Under the pieces are notes generated by a model. That model had not been told where the DNA came from. It ran no database searches and was given only the letters and a program-made list of their open reading frames with translations. A stretch of DNA of 64,000 bases from Pseudomonadota bacterium (GTDB lineage: Bacteria > Pseudomonadota > Alphaproteobacteria > MPNO01 > UBA830). Position numbers and translations under genes: made by a program. Positions 19,876 to 29,194 of this stretch are shown in pieces (positions within the stretch are counted from its first letter, which is position 1; every line of letters begins with the position of its first letter). Location of the stretch: NCBI GenBank assembly GCA_036336685.1, contig JAYZFO010000008.1, positions 9,923 through 73,922 of the forward strand, in the 5' to 3' direction.

Positions 19876-21453
19876 CTAACCCAGCCGCTGAAAACTGGCC
19901 TGAGCATTAGCTCGCGCATCCTCCGCCTCATCTCTTAGCAAGCGTCTTAATATCTTGTTGGCAGCGTTACGCGGTAGTTCATTGGCAAAGAAATAGGCTT
20001 TTGGACGTTTGAATCCCGGCAATGCGGATGCTTTGCAATGTGCATCAAGTTTAGATGCGGTAGACGCTGGATCGCCAGAAACTTGTTTTATGCAGGCTGT
20101 TACCATCTGACCCCATTGGGCATCGACAAGACCAATAACACTGACTTCTGTGGCTAAAGCGTGAGTACCGAGAACCGCCTCGATCTCCTCGGGGTGGATA
20201 CTTTCACCGCCGGAGCGAATCATGTCATCAACCCGCCCAACGATTGTTATATCGCCATTCGCCTCTTGGCGAAAAATATCACCTGTATAGTACCAACCGC
20301 CGCGAACTTTTTTTTCCGTCTCATCCGGGCGGCCTAGGTATTCGGTAAAAATAGTATCGACGCTGGAATCAACAACCAGTTCCCCTTCCTCTCCCACTTC
20401 TACAATATCATCTGGGCCCTCTCCGCCAACTCGCACAACCCGGGTTCTACAATAATAACCCGGACGCAGTGTAGCGTGTTGCCCTGCGGGTTCTGGATGA
20501 TACAGCGAACACATGGTCTCTGTGGTACCGTAAATATGTCGAATAGCACCACCCCATTCTTGGTGTATATGGTCAAGCAAACCTGGATCTATGGATACGC
20601 CGCCATAAAGAGTGAGTTCCAGGGAAGAAAATTTTTCGGGTGAATAGTTAGGCGCCGCAACCATCGCTTGATACATTGTGGGTATACAGAAGGCATACGT
20701 AAGTTTTTCGCTATTGACCAAATCGACAATTTTAGTTGGGTTAAATTCGCTAACTACAAAAAAGGTCCCATTAAATGCAAGAGTTACAAGGAATACTCCA
20801 AAAAACCCGATTGCATGGCTAAGCGGCATACACCCAAGGGCACGATTATGCACCCCATGACGGAGGCCTCCTTGCGTTGAAAGCCAAAGAATTCGCGGCT
20901 CAATACTCCGATGACTCAGCACGACCGCCTTGGGCAGGCCCGTAGTGCCGGACGTATAGTAGAGGAACGCAGCATCCTCTGGTGGAGGTTTTGCATACAC
21001 AGGAAGAGTTGAGGGATCCGCCCTGCAACCTACGAGGTTTTTGGCGACCTCTTTAACGTCACCGAGACACCATATAGGTCCGTTATTCGGTATCGCTTCT
21101 TTTAATTTCTTGACCAATGTTATTTCCGGAAGAACTGCAGCCGCCTGTATACCGCTCGCCTCACACAGAGACGCTATTTCGTCAGGTTTTAAACGAAAAT
21201 TGAGCAAAGATGGCACAGCATTAAGCCGCATCAAAGCGAGTATGAAGATTGCATGCTCCCACGTCGTGGGTAACGCCGTCGCAACCCTGGACCCCCGCTC
21301 AATCCCCGCCGCATGCAGTCCAGCAGCGACTTCCTCGATCTCACCGACCAATTGCGCGTAAGTCAACTTTCTATCCGTAACATCATCGACCAACGCAGCG
21401 TGATCTGGTGTACGTTCTGCCGCCAACCAGAGAAGTTCATACCCGGAATGCAT
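19876..21453 (-). CDS. AMP-dependent acyl-CoA synthetase/ligase (ANL family)
   Basis: It has the AMP-binding motif YTSGTTGLPKAV, YGTTE, GWYYTGD and a C-terminal lysine region. It is 525 aa. Confidence 0.85.
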   Translation of the reverse strand: MHSGYELLWLAAERTPDHAALVDDVTDRKLTYAQLVGEIEEVAAGLHAAGIERGSRVATALPTTWEHAIFILALMRLNAVPSLLNFRLKPDEIASLCEASGIQAAAVLPEITLVKKLKEAIPNNGPIWCLGDVKEVAKNLVGCRADPSTLPVYAKPPPEDAAFLYYTSGTTGLPKAVVLSHRSIEPRILWLSTQGGLRHGVHNRALGCMPLSHAIGFFGVFLVTLAFNGTFFVVSEFNPTKIVDLVNSEKLTYAFCIPTMYQAMVAAPNYSPEKFSSLELTLYGGVSIDPGLLDHIHQEWGGAIRHIYGTTETMCSLYHPEPAGQHATLRPGYYCRTRVVRVGGEGPDDIVEVGEEGELVVDSSVDTIFTEYLGRPDETEKKVRGGWYYTGDIFRQEANGDITIVGRVDDMIRSGGESIHPEEIEAVLGTHALATEVSVIGLVDAQWGQMVTACIKQVSGDPASTASKLDAHCKASALPGFKRPKAYFFANELPRNAANKILRRLLRDEAEDARANAQASFQRLG

Positions 21454-21559
21454 TTACGCTCTTTACTCCTATTTTTTACGAAAGTCCCAGACAACCCATA
21501 TGGATAATCATGAATTTAGTATTTAAACAAATGGGCTTAACGCTCCAATTCATAATACG

Positions 21560-22825
21560 TTAGCCTTTCACTAACGTTCGAGCCTTTTTTAAACAGGCTT
21601 TTAAGTCAGGCCTAAATTGTTGATTTACCCACCACTGTTCTACCTCGCTTAATATTTCTCCGACCCTCGGGCCTTGCTCTACGCCATACTCTAAAATGTC
21701 CTCCCCTTTGACTAGGAACTGGGGTCGCACCCAAATAGCAGCACAATCCCAGGTTTTTCGCCAACGCTGCTGCAGATGGGTAGCCTCTAGGGGCGTTTGA
21801 ACTTTCTGATCAGCCCAGTCTAACAAGATACTGTCACGGAAAGTCTTTTCATCCGAACGATACATAATGCTTGAAAGTACCAGACTATCCATATCAGGTT
21901 GTGAGGCTCCGCGGAGAGAGCAAAGTTTCTTGATTCGTCTCGCTTCAGCATTTGATAATTTCAGTCGGGAAGTAAGGCCAGCCACGTCCCGAGCCTCGAT
22001 TCGGGCAAGAGCCAATAACCGGCGAATTGCGTCAGCAGGAACTGAAAGTGTGGCCTCGATCCGAGCAAGTGCAAACAAACGGTCAATAGAGCAATCTGCC
22101 GGCAATAAACTTTGCAGCAAACCTATGTCACGCATGAGGGTAAATGTTGGGTCAAGCTTATGCGCTTTGAGGATCAGTTTAAGCTCGTGCCAAATGCGTT
22201 CGCCAGACAGCTCTTGAACTTTGGAAACGGACGCACGACACGCATCCAGCGTGTTACGATCAACAACCGTTTTCCCATAAATTGCGTAAAATCTAAAAAA
22301 ACGAAGAATTCTCAGATAATCTTCTTCGATGCGCTCCATTGGTGTTCCAACAAATTTGATGCGACCTTCCCTTAAGTCGGACACACCCCCGACGTAGTCA
22401 TACAAAGTTCCCTCTCTATTCGCGGACAGGGCATTAATGGTAAAATCACGTCGCTGGGCGTCTTTAGCCCAATCCTCCGTAAATCGGACTACTGCATGAC
22501 GGCCGTTTGTACTAATATCTTCTCTTAATGTTGTGATATGAAATGATTTCGTCGGGCAGACCGCTACAATAGTGCCGTGTTCAAAACCGATCGGCACTAT
22601 CTTTAAGACGTTCCCTTCCAAAAGTTCAATCACTCGGGCTGGTGCAGCGTCCGTTGCCAAATCATAATCAGCAATATCCGCGATAGCCCTGCCGAGGAGC
22701 AAGTCTCGAATACACCCCCCCACAAAACGAACCGTAGCACCACCAGCCTCGAGCCTGTCAAATATTTGATGGACTTCTGGACCCATCATTGCCGCCGGCA
22801 ATACTACTTTTTCGGTTTGGGTCAT
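21560..22825 (-). CDS. cca: CCA-adding tRNA nucleotidyltransferase / poly(A) polymerase family protein
   Basis: It has the nucleotidyltransferase motif VGGCIRDLLLG...DYDLAT and the RRDFTINA motif. It is 421 aa. Confidence 0.8.
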   Translation of the reverse strand: MTQTEKVVLPAAMMGPEVHQIFDRLEAGGATVRFVGGCIRDLLLGRAIADIADYDLATDAAPARVIELLEGNVLKIVPIGFEHGTIVAVCPTKSFHITTLREDISTNGRHAVVRFTEDWAKDAQRRDFTINALSANREGTLYDYVGGVSDLREGRIKFVGTPMERIEEDYLRILRFFRFYAIYGKTVVDRNTLDACRASVSKVQELSGERIWHELKLILKAHKLDPTFTLMRDIGLLQSLLPADCSIDRLFALARIEATLSVPADAIRRLLALARIEARDVAGLTSRLKLSNAEARRIKKLCSLRGASQPDMDSLVLSSIMYRSDEKTFRDSILLDWADQKVQTPLEATHLQQRWRKTWDCAAIWVRPQFLVKGEDILEYGVEQGPRVGEILSEVEQWWVNQQFRPDLKACLKKARTLVKG

Positions 22826-22851
22826 TTAGATCACTTTATCAAGATACCAAA

Positions 22852-23133
22852 TTATTCGCGTTTTTGATTTTGTTCAAACTTATCAAGATCAATAGCTTTG
22901 TAGGGTGTTCTAGTGAATTCATCATGGACAAATAAGAAAATACCAAGCGTTAAAATCATTAGCAGAACACCGCCGATAACGAGTTTACCGAAAGGAGCCG
23001 CACCCAAGTTTGGAGGTTCTTGATCCCCAGTTTTGGGGTCAACCCGAGGGCGTCCCGAAAAGACCTTCCAGAGGTACCAAGCGACAAATGGAACAACGAG
23101 GGGGATTAGGGTAAGTAGAAGAAACCGGATCAT
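22852..23133 (-). CDS. Small two-TM membrane protein (hypothetical)
   Basis: It is 93 aa with two hydrophobic helices. An ATGA overlap links it to the upstream Nudix gene, which suggests translational coupling. Confidence 0.5.
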   Translation of the reverse strand: MIRFLLLTLIPLVVPFVAWYLWKVFSGRPRVDPKTGDQEPPNLGAAPFGKLVIGGVLLMILTLGIFLFVHDEFTRTPYKAIDLDKFEQNQKRE

Positions 23134-23771
23134 TTTTTTTCCAAAATTGTACTAAGTGCCACAAGCAATCGCGCTGTCAAACCCCATATATAGTATCGTT
23201 GATATGGTAGTACGTAGAACTCACGCTCAAGACCCTTTATTAGTCGCGTTTCTCTCTTGTGATTGTTGGTATTTAGTACAAAGGAAAGCGGGACCTCGAA
23301 AATTTCGGCGACCTCTCTTGGATTGGGTTGCAATAGAATATTTGGATCTATGACGGCAACGACGGGGGTAACCTCGAAACCACTCCCCGTAATACGACGC
23401 CCAAGGCGTCCCACAACTTCTACCTTCTCGCTATGTAAACCAATCTCCTCCTCGGCTTCGCGTAATGCTGTCTCTTCGGGGCTTTTATCTTCTGGTTCTG
23501 TTTTACCACCGGGAAACGAAATCTGCCCAGCGTGGCTTTTGAGATTTTTAGTCCTTTTTGTCAGCAAAACTGTCATCCCCTCGTCCCTCTCAACTAAGGG
23601 AACAAGAACAGCAGCCGACGTAATCTGATCAGGAAGGGCATCTTTGTCCTGGGAAAGCCACCCATACCCGTTCACTTCCTCACCATCGCTAGCGGCTCTT
23701 CGATCCACGCTAGGACCTGAAAACGCATTTATTACGTCCTGTCTTATTGGAAAATGCAGAACCTCATCCAT
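23130..23771 (-). CDS. Nudix hydrolase, CoA pyrophosphatase-like
   Basis: It has the Nudix box GGKTEPEDKSPEETALREAEEEIGL and an upstream LLTKRT motif typical of CoA pyrophosphatases. Confidence 0.8.
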   Translation of the reverse strand: MDEVLHFPIRQDVINAFSGPSVDRRAASDGEEVNGYGWLSQDKDALPDQITSAAVLVPLVERDEGMTVLLTKRTKNLKSHAGQISFPGGKTEPEDKSPEETALREAEEEIGLHSEKVEVVGRLGRRITGSGFEVTPVVAVIDPNILLQPNPREVAEIFEVPLSFVLNTNNHKRETRLIKGLEREFYVLPYQRYYIWGLTARLLVALSTILEKK

Positions 23772-24339
23772 TATTGGCAGATCCTATAGGAAAAAAGGTC
23801 TCCTTACTCCAGACCCCCAAAACCCTCTCGCCATTTAGCTCCTGCGGCTCCGCAAGTTCCACTAGTTCGTAAAAGACCGAACGCACAATAAGCGCCTCCA
23901 ACTCGTCATTTACCTTTACGTAAGGTCTGGGTTCCCCGGTCCGTTCGTTAACAGGCACCCTGATTGGACGTTTGGACCCCGCAATAACATAGTTATCAAT
24001 ATTTGTACGAAATTTTAGTTCCTGTTGGTGACCGCTCCCCTGAACTTTCAACTCAACGGCTGTGAATGGAGCATCGTCAACCTTAATACGGCACATTTCT
24101 GCAGGGGTTACCAACCAGTAGTCCCCAACTTCATCCCGCCGTAAAACACTCGCAAATAACTTAACAAGCCGCTGCCTCGTGAACGGGGAACCCATATAAA
24201 ACCATGTACCGTCTGAGGTGATCCTAATATCTATGTCACCACACATTTGCGGTGAATCCGTCATAATATTCGACGGTGGCGTTTTAGAGTTACGCTTTGA
24301 CAATGCGCGCTCCAGACTTCCAAGAGAAATGTTAGGCAT
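23764..24339 (-). CDS. DUF1285-domain protein
   Basis: It is 191 aa with a DGTWFYMGSP motif. It sits in a DUF1285-Nudix-cca arrangement that I recall as conserved in alphaproteobacteria. Confidence 0.65.
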   Translation of the reverse strand: MPNISLGSLERALSKRNSKTPPSNIMTDSPQMCGDIDIRITSDGTWFYMGSPFTRQRLVKLFASVLRRDEVGDYWLVTPAEMCRIKVDDAPFTAVELKVQGSGHQQELKFRTNIDNYVIAGSKRPIRVPVNERTGEPRPYVKVNDELEALIVRSVFYELVELAEPQELNGERVLGVWSKETFFPIGSANNG

Positions 24340-24745
24340 AGTCTAAAAAGGCCTCTTTTACAGCCTAATATAGCAAATACGACAGAGTAACCCTACTTTT
24401 CTGAAAACCATCCCGGCGACATAAACGGTGAAATACAGATAGGCTATCAAGACCCCATAGATATAGCACTTGGGCCTTTGCCACGCCGCAAATTTCTCAC
24501 TCGTTTAACATTGGGATTATCACTAGATAACTTAGGCAATTAATAATTCCAACCAGATATACTGGGACCCCCATTTTTCGTCTTTTATAGTTCGACACGC
24601 CTCAGACTACTTATATTATTTATTTTTTTGGATTCTTGCTCACTTGATTTCTTTGACGCGTCTGTTTTGCTCTCTTAAGATGGTGGGCTCAGATTACATA
24701 GGGTACTTAAAAGCTAATAAGTGATAATATTTATGGGAGGAACGT

Positions 24746-25243
24746 ATGAGTGCACCTGCGGTGGAAACAGCCAAAGATCCCGCATTAAAATTAAACTTTT
24801 TATCCCACGGGACACTTGAATCAAAAAACCTGGAAAAGGCCCGGGATTTCTACACAGAGTTTCTAGGGCTGGAAGTCGTTCGCACAAGTCCTATTTCGCT
24901 GCTCCTTCGCCTTGGTGGAGACAATACAATTGCTGTTGTGGAGCAAAAAAAACGCGACGAAGAACGAATGCCACTGCTTAACCATAACGGATTAGACGTA
25001 GAGACGCAGGAAGAAGTTGACACTGCATACGACACGGTTATCGAACAACAAGATGCATGGGGCCTGCACAAAATTAGTAAGCCCATTCTTCAACACGGCA
25101 CATATAGTTTCTTTTTCTGGGACATGGATAACAACTGTTGGGAAATACTGACAAACCCCGCAGGTGGATACAGTTGGTTGTTTGAAAAAGGCGACTTGTC
25201 AGGAAAAGGTCACCTAGATAAAGCTTTTGAACGGCCGGGCTGA
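24746..25243 (+). CDS. VOC-family (glyoxalase/extradiol-dioxygenase-like) protein
   Basis: It has a strong GGGAGG RBS, a LNFLSHGTLESKNLEKARDFYTEFLGLEVV N-terminal VOC module, and a later FWDMDNNCWEIL. Confidence 0.7.
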   Translation: MSAPAVETAKDPALKLNFLSHGTLESKNLEKARDFYTEFLGLEVVRTSPISLLLRLGGDNTIAVVEQKKRDEERMPLLNHNGLDVETQEEVDTAYDTVIEQQDAWGLHKISKPILQHGTYSFFFWDMDNNCWEILTNPAGGYSWLFEKGDLSGKGHLDKAFERPG

Positions 25244-25430
25244 CAGTCCCGATAGACTTTAGCCGGTCGGTTGTTATGGGCAACAGAACCATTGAGCCAT
25301 AGCCGGCAGAAAACTCTTATAACCTAAGCCATAACGCCTCTGAATTACCTAATTGGATTTTAATTAAACGCTGTGGTGTGCGGCTGACTATGATGAATGC
25401 ATGGAGAGTTGCAACGGCTCCAAACAATAT

Positions 25431-25604
25431 TTATTGAATTCCGAGACCGGTGCAAATAGACAAAACAAAAGACTGAATCAAATATACATCTTTGACCGCC
25501 GGCACTGCTAACGCTCCAATCAGCAAAAGAAAACCAACAAGTAAATACTCGGGTTTCGCAAAGCGCTGCCTTTTTTTTCCAGAATCTTTCGAATTTGTAG
25601 CCAT
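25431..25604 (-). CDS. Possible 57-aa small membrane protein (below the ORF-track size cutoff)
   Basis: My own translation is MATNSKDSGKKRQRFAKPEYLLVGFLLLIGALAVPAVKDVYLIQSFVLSICTGLGIQ. It has a basic N-terminus followed by a hydrophobic span. There is no convincing RBS. Confidence 0.3.
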   Translation of the reverse strand: MATNSKDSGKKRQRFAKPEYLLVGFLLLIGALAVPAVKDVYLIQSFVLSICTGLGIQ

Positions 25605-25775
25605 CGGCTTAATCTACCGCAGAACAATCAAATTTCAAATCAAACTCCGTATCCTATCGTGGTCCAATAAGATAAGCCCAAGACGACGTCTGAACAAACA
25701 CAATGTTTCTAAAACACGATTGAAAAGGTTATCAAAACAAGATACTATCCAATCAGTATGTGGCTAGGCAGAATA

Positions 25776-26435
25776 ATGGATGCTCAAGCTGAAGATATTA
25801 TAGCAAATGATGACCGTGCGCGCCCGGCGACGAAACGTGAGCAGCGGGCCGCAAGCATCGAATCTCTTCTCGGTGAGGCGTTGACGCTTTTCATTACACA
25901 GGGGTATCACGCGACGACGGTGGAAGAAATTGCTCAAGCTGCGGGACTAACAAAGGGGGCGGTATATTTTTACTTCAAGAGTAAAGCGAATGTGCTGAAA
26001 GCGCTCCTCGCCAGAACAGAAGAATTAACTGTCGAACCCACCTTAGCGGCAATGTCCGCTGCGGGGTCAGACCCAAAAGCCCGACTTAATGCGTTCGTTC
26101 GTTCCCAATCGGTGATTGGGGCAGAGAAAACAGAATATATGCTGTTAGCCATCCTGATGAGTGCGGAATTTAACGGTTCTGGTCAGGAGATTGAGCGTCG
26201 TTTAACCGAGTTAATGGCGCGAATGGAAACCGAATTACGCGATACAATCTCTACTGGGCAGAATATGGGTTTCTTTCGCAAAGGAATAGGGGCAAATGAG
26301 TTGGCAAGTGTAATCATGGCAACAAATAAAGGCTGTTATGTAGAGTGGTATATGCGCGGTGGGGACCTGAAAGGGCATGACTTTGCGCGCGCATTCCGCG
26401 ATTTCGTTTTCGACGGGGTAGCTAAGAAATTATGA
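25776..26435 (+). CDS. TetR/AcrR-family regulator (first gene of the Paa-like operon)
   Basis: It has the HTH TTVEEIAQAAGLTKGAVYFYFKSK. It ends 69 bp upstream of the PaaA-like gene on the same strand. The start is the ATG at 25776 or at 25758. Confidence 0.85.
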   Translation: MDAQAEDIIANDDRARPATKREQRAASIESLLGEALTLFITQGYHATTVEEIAQAAGLTKGAVYFYFKSKANVLKALLARTEELTVEPTLAAMSAAGSDPKARLNAFVRSQSVIGAEKTEYMLLAILMSAEFNGSGQEIERRLTELMARMETELRDTISTGQNMGFFRKGIGANELASVIMATNKGCYVEWYMRGGDLKGHDFARAFRDFVFDGVAKKL

Positions 26436-26503
26436 AAACCCCTCATTTCATTTTCGACAACGTTTAAAAAAGCAATTTTAATTCGGAGAAAGGCAACTAC
26501 CCA

Positions 26504-27457
26504 ATGGCAACGGCAATTAAAGATGTACAAGAAGACCCACGCGAACGCGCATTACAGGAGCGCGTTGCCGCCGGCCATCAGCTGGAAGACGTAGAGGAAA
26601 TGACGCCGCGGTACAAAGATGTCTTGGTAAATACCATCCACATCGCAGCCGACTTGGAGGTTGTGACACTGCCAACATACTCACCGGCCATTAAAACCTC
26701 GCCAACACTCGAAGATAAAATTGCGATAGCTGCAGCTTGCCAGGACGAACTCGGACACGCCCAAATGATGTATCGTATATTAGAAGATTTTGGTTACGAC
26801 ACCCATCGCTTCTTATTTGAGCGAGACCCAGAGGAGTGGCGTACATTTCAGATGTTAGAATTCCCTCATGAGGATTACATAGAATCGGTTGTTTCTATGT
26901 GCTACGGCGATCGGGCAGGCTACATAACGACTGTAGATCTCGAAGAAAACTGTTCATATGCACCCTTTGCACGTTCGTTGCGAAAGGTGAATTACGAAGA
27001 AACTTTCCACGTCAGCCATGGTGAGCGTTGGACGAAATTTTTCTGGAACCAATCAGACGAAAGTCGGCGTCGCGTTCAAGAAACAGTGGATTTTTATTTT
27101 CCACTGTGTGCGGCGTGGTTCGGGATGCCCGACAATTTAAAAACCCGCACCGACCAGCTATCCTACCGAATTCGGGGCGCTTCAAATGACGAAATGCGGC
27201 AGAAATGGCTGTCTCGGGTTGTTCCATTTTCAGAGAGTGTCGGCGTCAAGGTTCCCGCCCACTACGACAACGATCAGGGTAAATACGTATTAGACTATAA
27301 GCCACCAATTTACCTGGATGAAGAGAAGCGTGAATGGGATTACGATCGCAATATTACCTGGAAAGAACAACTTAAGATCTGGAAAAAGGGGTCGAAACAT
27401 AAAGTGCCGTCGATCGCCCGTGTAATCTCCGAACAATGGGGTAAGGATCTTTGGTAA
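26504..27457 (+). CDS. PaaA-like diiron acyl-CoA (phenylacetyl-CoA-type) epoxidase catalytic subunit
   Basis: It is 317 aa with two ExxH iron-ligand motifs (QDELGHAQ, EETFHVSHGERW). Size and layout match PaaA, and PaaB- and PaaC-like genes follow it. Confidence 0.82.
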   Translation: MATAIKDVQEDPRERALQERVAAGHQLEDVEEMTPRYKDVLVNTIHIAADLEVVTLPTYSPAIKTSPTLEDKIAIAAACQDELGHAQMMYRILEDFGYDTHRFLFERDPEEWRTFQMLEFPHEDYIESVVSMCYGDRAGYITTVDLEENCSYAPFARSLRKVNYEETFHVSHGERWTKFFWNQSDESRRRVQETVDFYFPLCAAWFGMPDNLKTRTDQLSYRIRGASNDEMRQKWLSRVVPFSESVGVKVPAHYDNDQGKYVLDYKPPIYLDEEKREWDYDRNITWKEQLKIWKKGSKHKVPSIARVISEQWGKDLW

Positions 27458-27510
27458 ACATTGAATTAGAGATGTGGAAACATCTATGATGATCCAGCAA
27501 CTTATTATAA

Positions 27511-27843
27511 ATGCCTAATCAACAGACGCCGCCATCCCAGGACACCCTTCTGCAGGCACTGGAAAAAGTTAACGATCCTCATGTGCCAGTAAGCCTTCGC
27601 CGAATGGGCATGCTGCGGGACATTGAAATAGGGGACAATGGCCTAGTTAAAATACAGATTTGCATTCCGTGTTTGGGTTGCCCGGGTGTCGGGATGCTTC
27701 GCGAAAACGTGCGCATGGCAGCACTGTCAGTACCGGGAGTAGAAGAGGTCGTAATAGAGGAAGGGTGGCACCTTCCCTGGTCACGCGACATGATAGAACC
27801 TGAAGTCCAGGAGATGATGCGTGCAAATGGCATCCAAGTTTAA
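27511..27843 (+). CDS. DUF59/MIP18-domain protein equivalent to the N-terminal domain of PaaD
   Basis: It is 110 aa. VNDPHVPVSLRRMGMLRDIEI...CIPCLGCPG parallels the PaaD N-domain (my recollection of E. coli PaaD). It ends at what would be the interdomain linker. Confidence 0.72.
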   Translation: MPNQQTPPSQDTLLQALEKVNDPHVPVSLRRMGMLRDIEIGDNGLVKIQICIPCLGCPGVGMLRENVRMAALSVPGVEEVVIEEGWHLPWSRDMIEPEVQEMMRANGIQV

Positions 27844-27858
27844 ATAGGAAAGTCGACT

Positions 27859-28131
27859 ATGACGACAAAAATAAAATCTAAAAAAAAGATCAATCAAAAA
27901 AGAGAACGTGGGGGCAAAGAACCAAAATATTACGAAGTATTTGCTCGCAAAGACTCGAACTCCGACCTTTCCCACGTGGGATCAGTTGAAGCGCCAAACG
28001 ACGAACTCGCCCAAGTACGTGCCTGGTACATATATGATCAACACCGTTGGCGCGAAATGTGTGTGGTGCCATTAGAGGCAATCATCACTGTTACCGAAGA
28101 AGGCAAGTCCGCCAAGATCAAAATGGGCTAA
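27859..28131 (+). CDS. PaaB-like small subunit of the acyl-CoA epoxidase
   Basis: It is 90 aa. YYEVFARK...SHVGSVEAP...A...YIYDQHRWREMCVVP matches the PaaB pattern (YEVF.R...H.GS..A). It has an AGGAAAG RBS. Confidence 0.8.
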   Translation: MTTKIKSKKKINQKRERGGKEPKYYEVFARKDSNSDLSHVGSVEAPNDELAQVRAWYIYDQHRWREMCVVPLEAIITVTEEGKSAKIKMG

Positions 28132-28154
28132 CCACAAGAGAAAAGGGATTAAAG

Positions 28155-28934
28155 ATGGTGTACACTCCTGGAGTACCGGGTACAGCGTTAGACGAACAGT
28201 TCAGAAACGACCTCCTAGCCGTGGCCGATACAAAGCTGGTTCTAGGCAATTGGTATGCCGAGTGCGTGATGAATGGCCGCTCGCTGCCAGATTTTGCGGC
28301 AATCCTCGGTATGTGTACCGCAAATTACGGTCATACTCGCGCTATATATCAATATTTAGCCGCACACGGTCACGATTATGTATATCTAGAGCGGGGCCGT
28401 GGACCCGAGGATATCCATTCTTCCAACCTACTCGATGAAGCTCCTACCGGGTGGGAAGATTTCATAGTTTCAACGTGGCTGGCTGAATTAGCTACTTGGA
28501 TGTTGGTTTCAGGTTATCTTAATCATGAGGATAGAGCCGTCGCAGGCCTTTCCAAGAAAATTGGCGAAGAGACATACTTCCACCTAAAGTACGCGAATGG
28601 TTGGTTCCAGATAATTGGCGAAGGAAAGAAACAATCCCAGCTTTTCCAGAAGTCCTATACAAAGCGATTCCCATTAGCGCTTCAGTGGTTCGGCCCGGTG
28701 CGCGGCAAAGATCAGGTGCACGAACTTGGTATCCGAGACGTACCCCTCAAAAAGCTACGAGATGCGTTTAAAAAAGAAGTCGCTAGTGCAAAAAACCCCT
28801 TAGGTGCCGCTCTCGGCCAAGCAAAACCTATAAAGTTTGCAAAAGACTGGCGCTCAGATGCCCGGCGGTTGGGGCCAATACCTGCCAGTTTATTTGAGGT
28901 GGTTCGTTTCAAGGACACAGAACTTGCCCACTGA
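28155..28934 (+). CDS. PaaC-like structural subunit of the acyl-CoA epoxidase
   Basis: It is 259 aa and looks like a ferritin-like helical protein (LLAVADTKLVLGNWYAECV, EETYFHLKYANGW). The position after paaB fits PaaC. I prefer the ATG at 28155 with an AAGGGA RBS; the ORF-track start at 28047 runs through paaB. Confidence 0.75.
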   Translation: MVYTPGVPGTALDEQFRNDLLAVADTKLVLGNWYAECVMNGRSLPDFAAILGMCTANYGHTRAIYQYLAAHGHDYVYLERGRGPEDIHSSNLLDEAPTGWEDFIVSTWLAELATWMLVSGYLNHEDRAVAGLSKKIGEETYFHLKYANGWFQIIGEGKKQSQLFQKSYTKRFPLALQWFGPVRGKDQVHELGIRDVPLKKLRDAFKKEVASAKNPLGAALGQAKPIKFAKDWRSDARRLGPIPASLFEVVRFKDTELAH

Positions 28935-29181
28935 CACCTCTATCCCGCGCATAGGCCGAGATCTGGGCGGATATGCGTCCCGTCACCGCGACCTTCACAC
29001 TGGTGACCCAGACTTCAACGACGTCACATGTCCGGAATGTGATAGTGATAAATTAGAAGTCATTTCGCTATTCGGTGGAGCCGCTTCCGAAATAATGTTC
29101 CGATGTCATGACTGTGATACCAGCTTCAACTGGATCAAGTGGCGCGGAAAACTACCCCCGACACCATCGGTCAAAGAATAA
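28924..29181 (+). CDS. Stand-alone zinc-ribbon protein equivalent to the C-terminal domain of PaaD
   Basis: CPECDSDKLEVISLFGGAASEIMFRCHDCDTSFNWIKW contains CxxC...CxxC, as in the PaaD C-terminus. I prefer the TTG at 28924, which has an AAGGA RBS 8 nt upstream. The ATGs at 28837 and 28858 would overlap paaC by 98 and 77 nt. Confidence 0.6.
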   Translation: MPTDTSIPRIGRDLGGYASRHRDLHTGDPDFNDVTCPECDSDKLEVISLFGGAASEIMFRCHDCDTSFNWIKWRGKLPPTPSVKE

Positions 29182-29194
29182 ACGGACGTATTTA

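Noticed and set aside
25492-25767. A 91-aa plus-strand ORF upstream of the island's TetR gene.
   Set aside because: It has an alternative start codon and a highly basic, low-complexity product. It overlaps the more plausible minus-strand small membrane ORF and the TetR promoter region.
28047-28154. N-terminal extensions implied by the ORF track. Examples are paaC-like from 28047, nitroreductase from 29108, lysA to 59732, tlpA-like from 61057, FAH copy 1 from 50985, rpoH from 2856 and prs from 10618.
   Set aside because: The extensions overlap upstream genes or run antisense to them, and they contain no conserved sequence. In every case a downstream start with an RBS gives the family-typical N-terminus.
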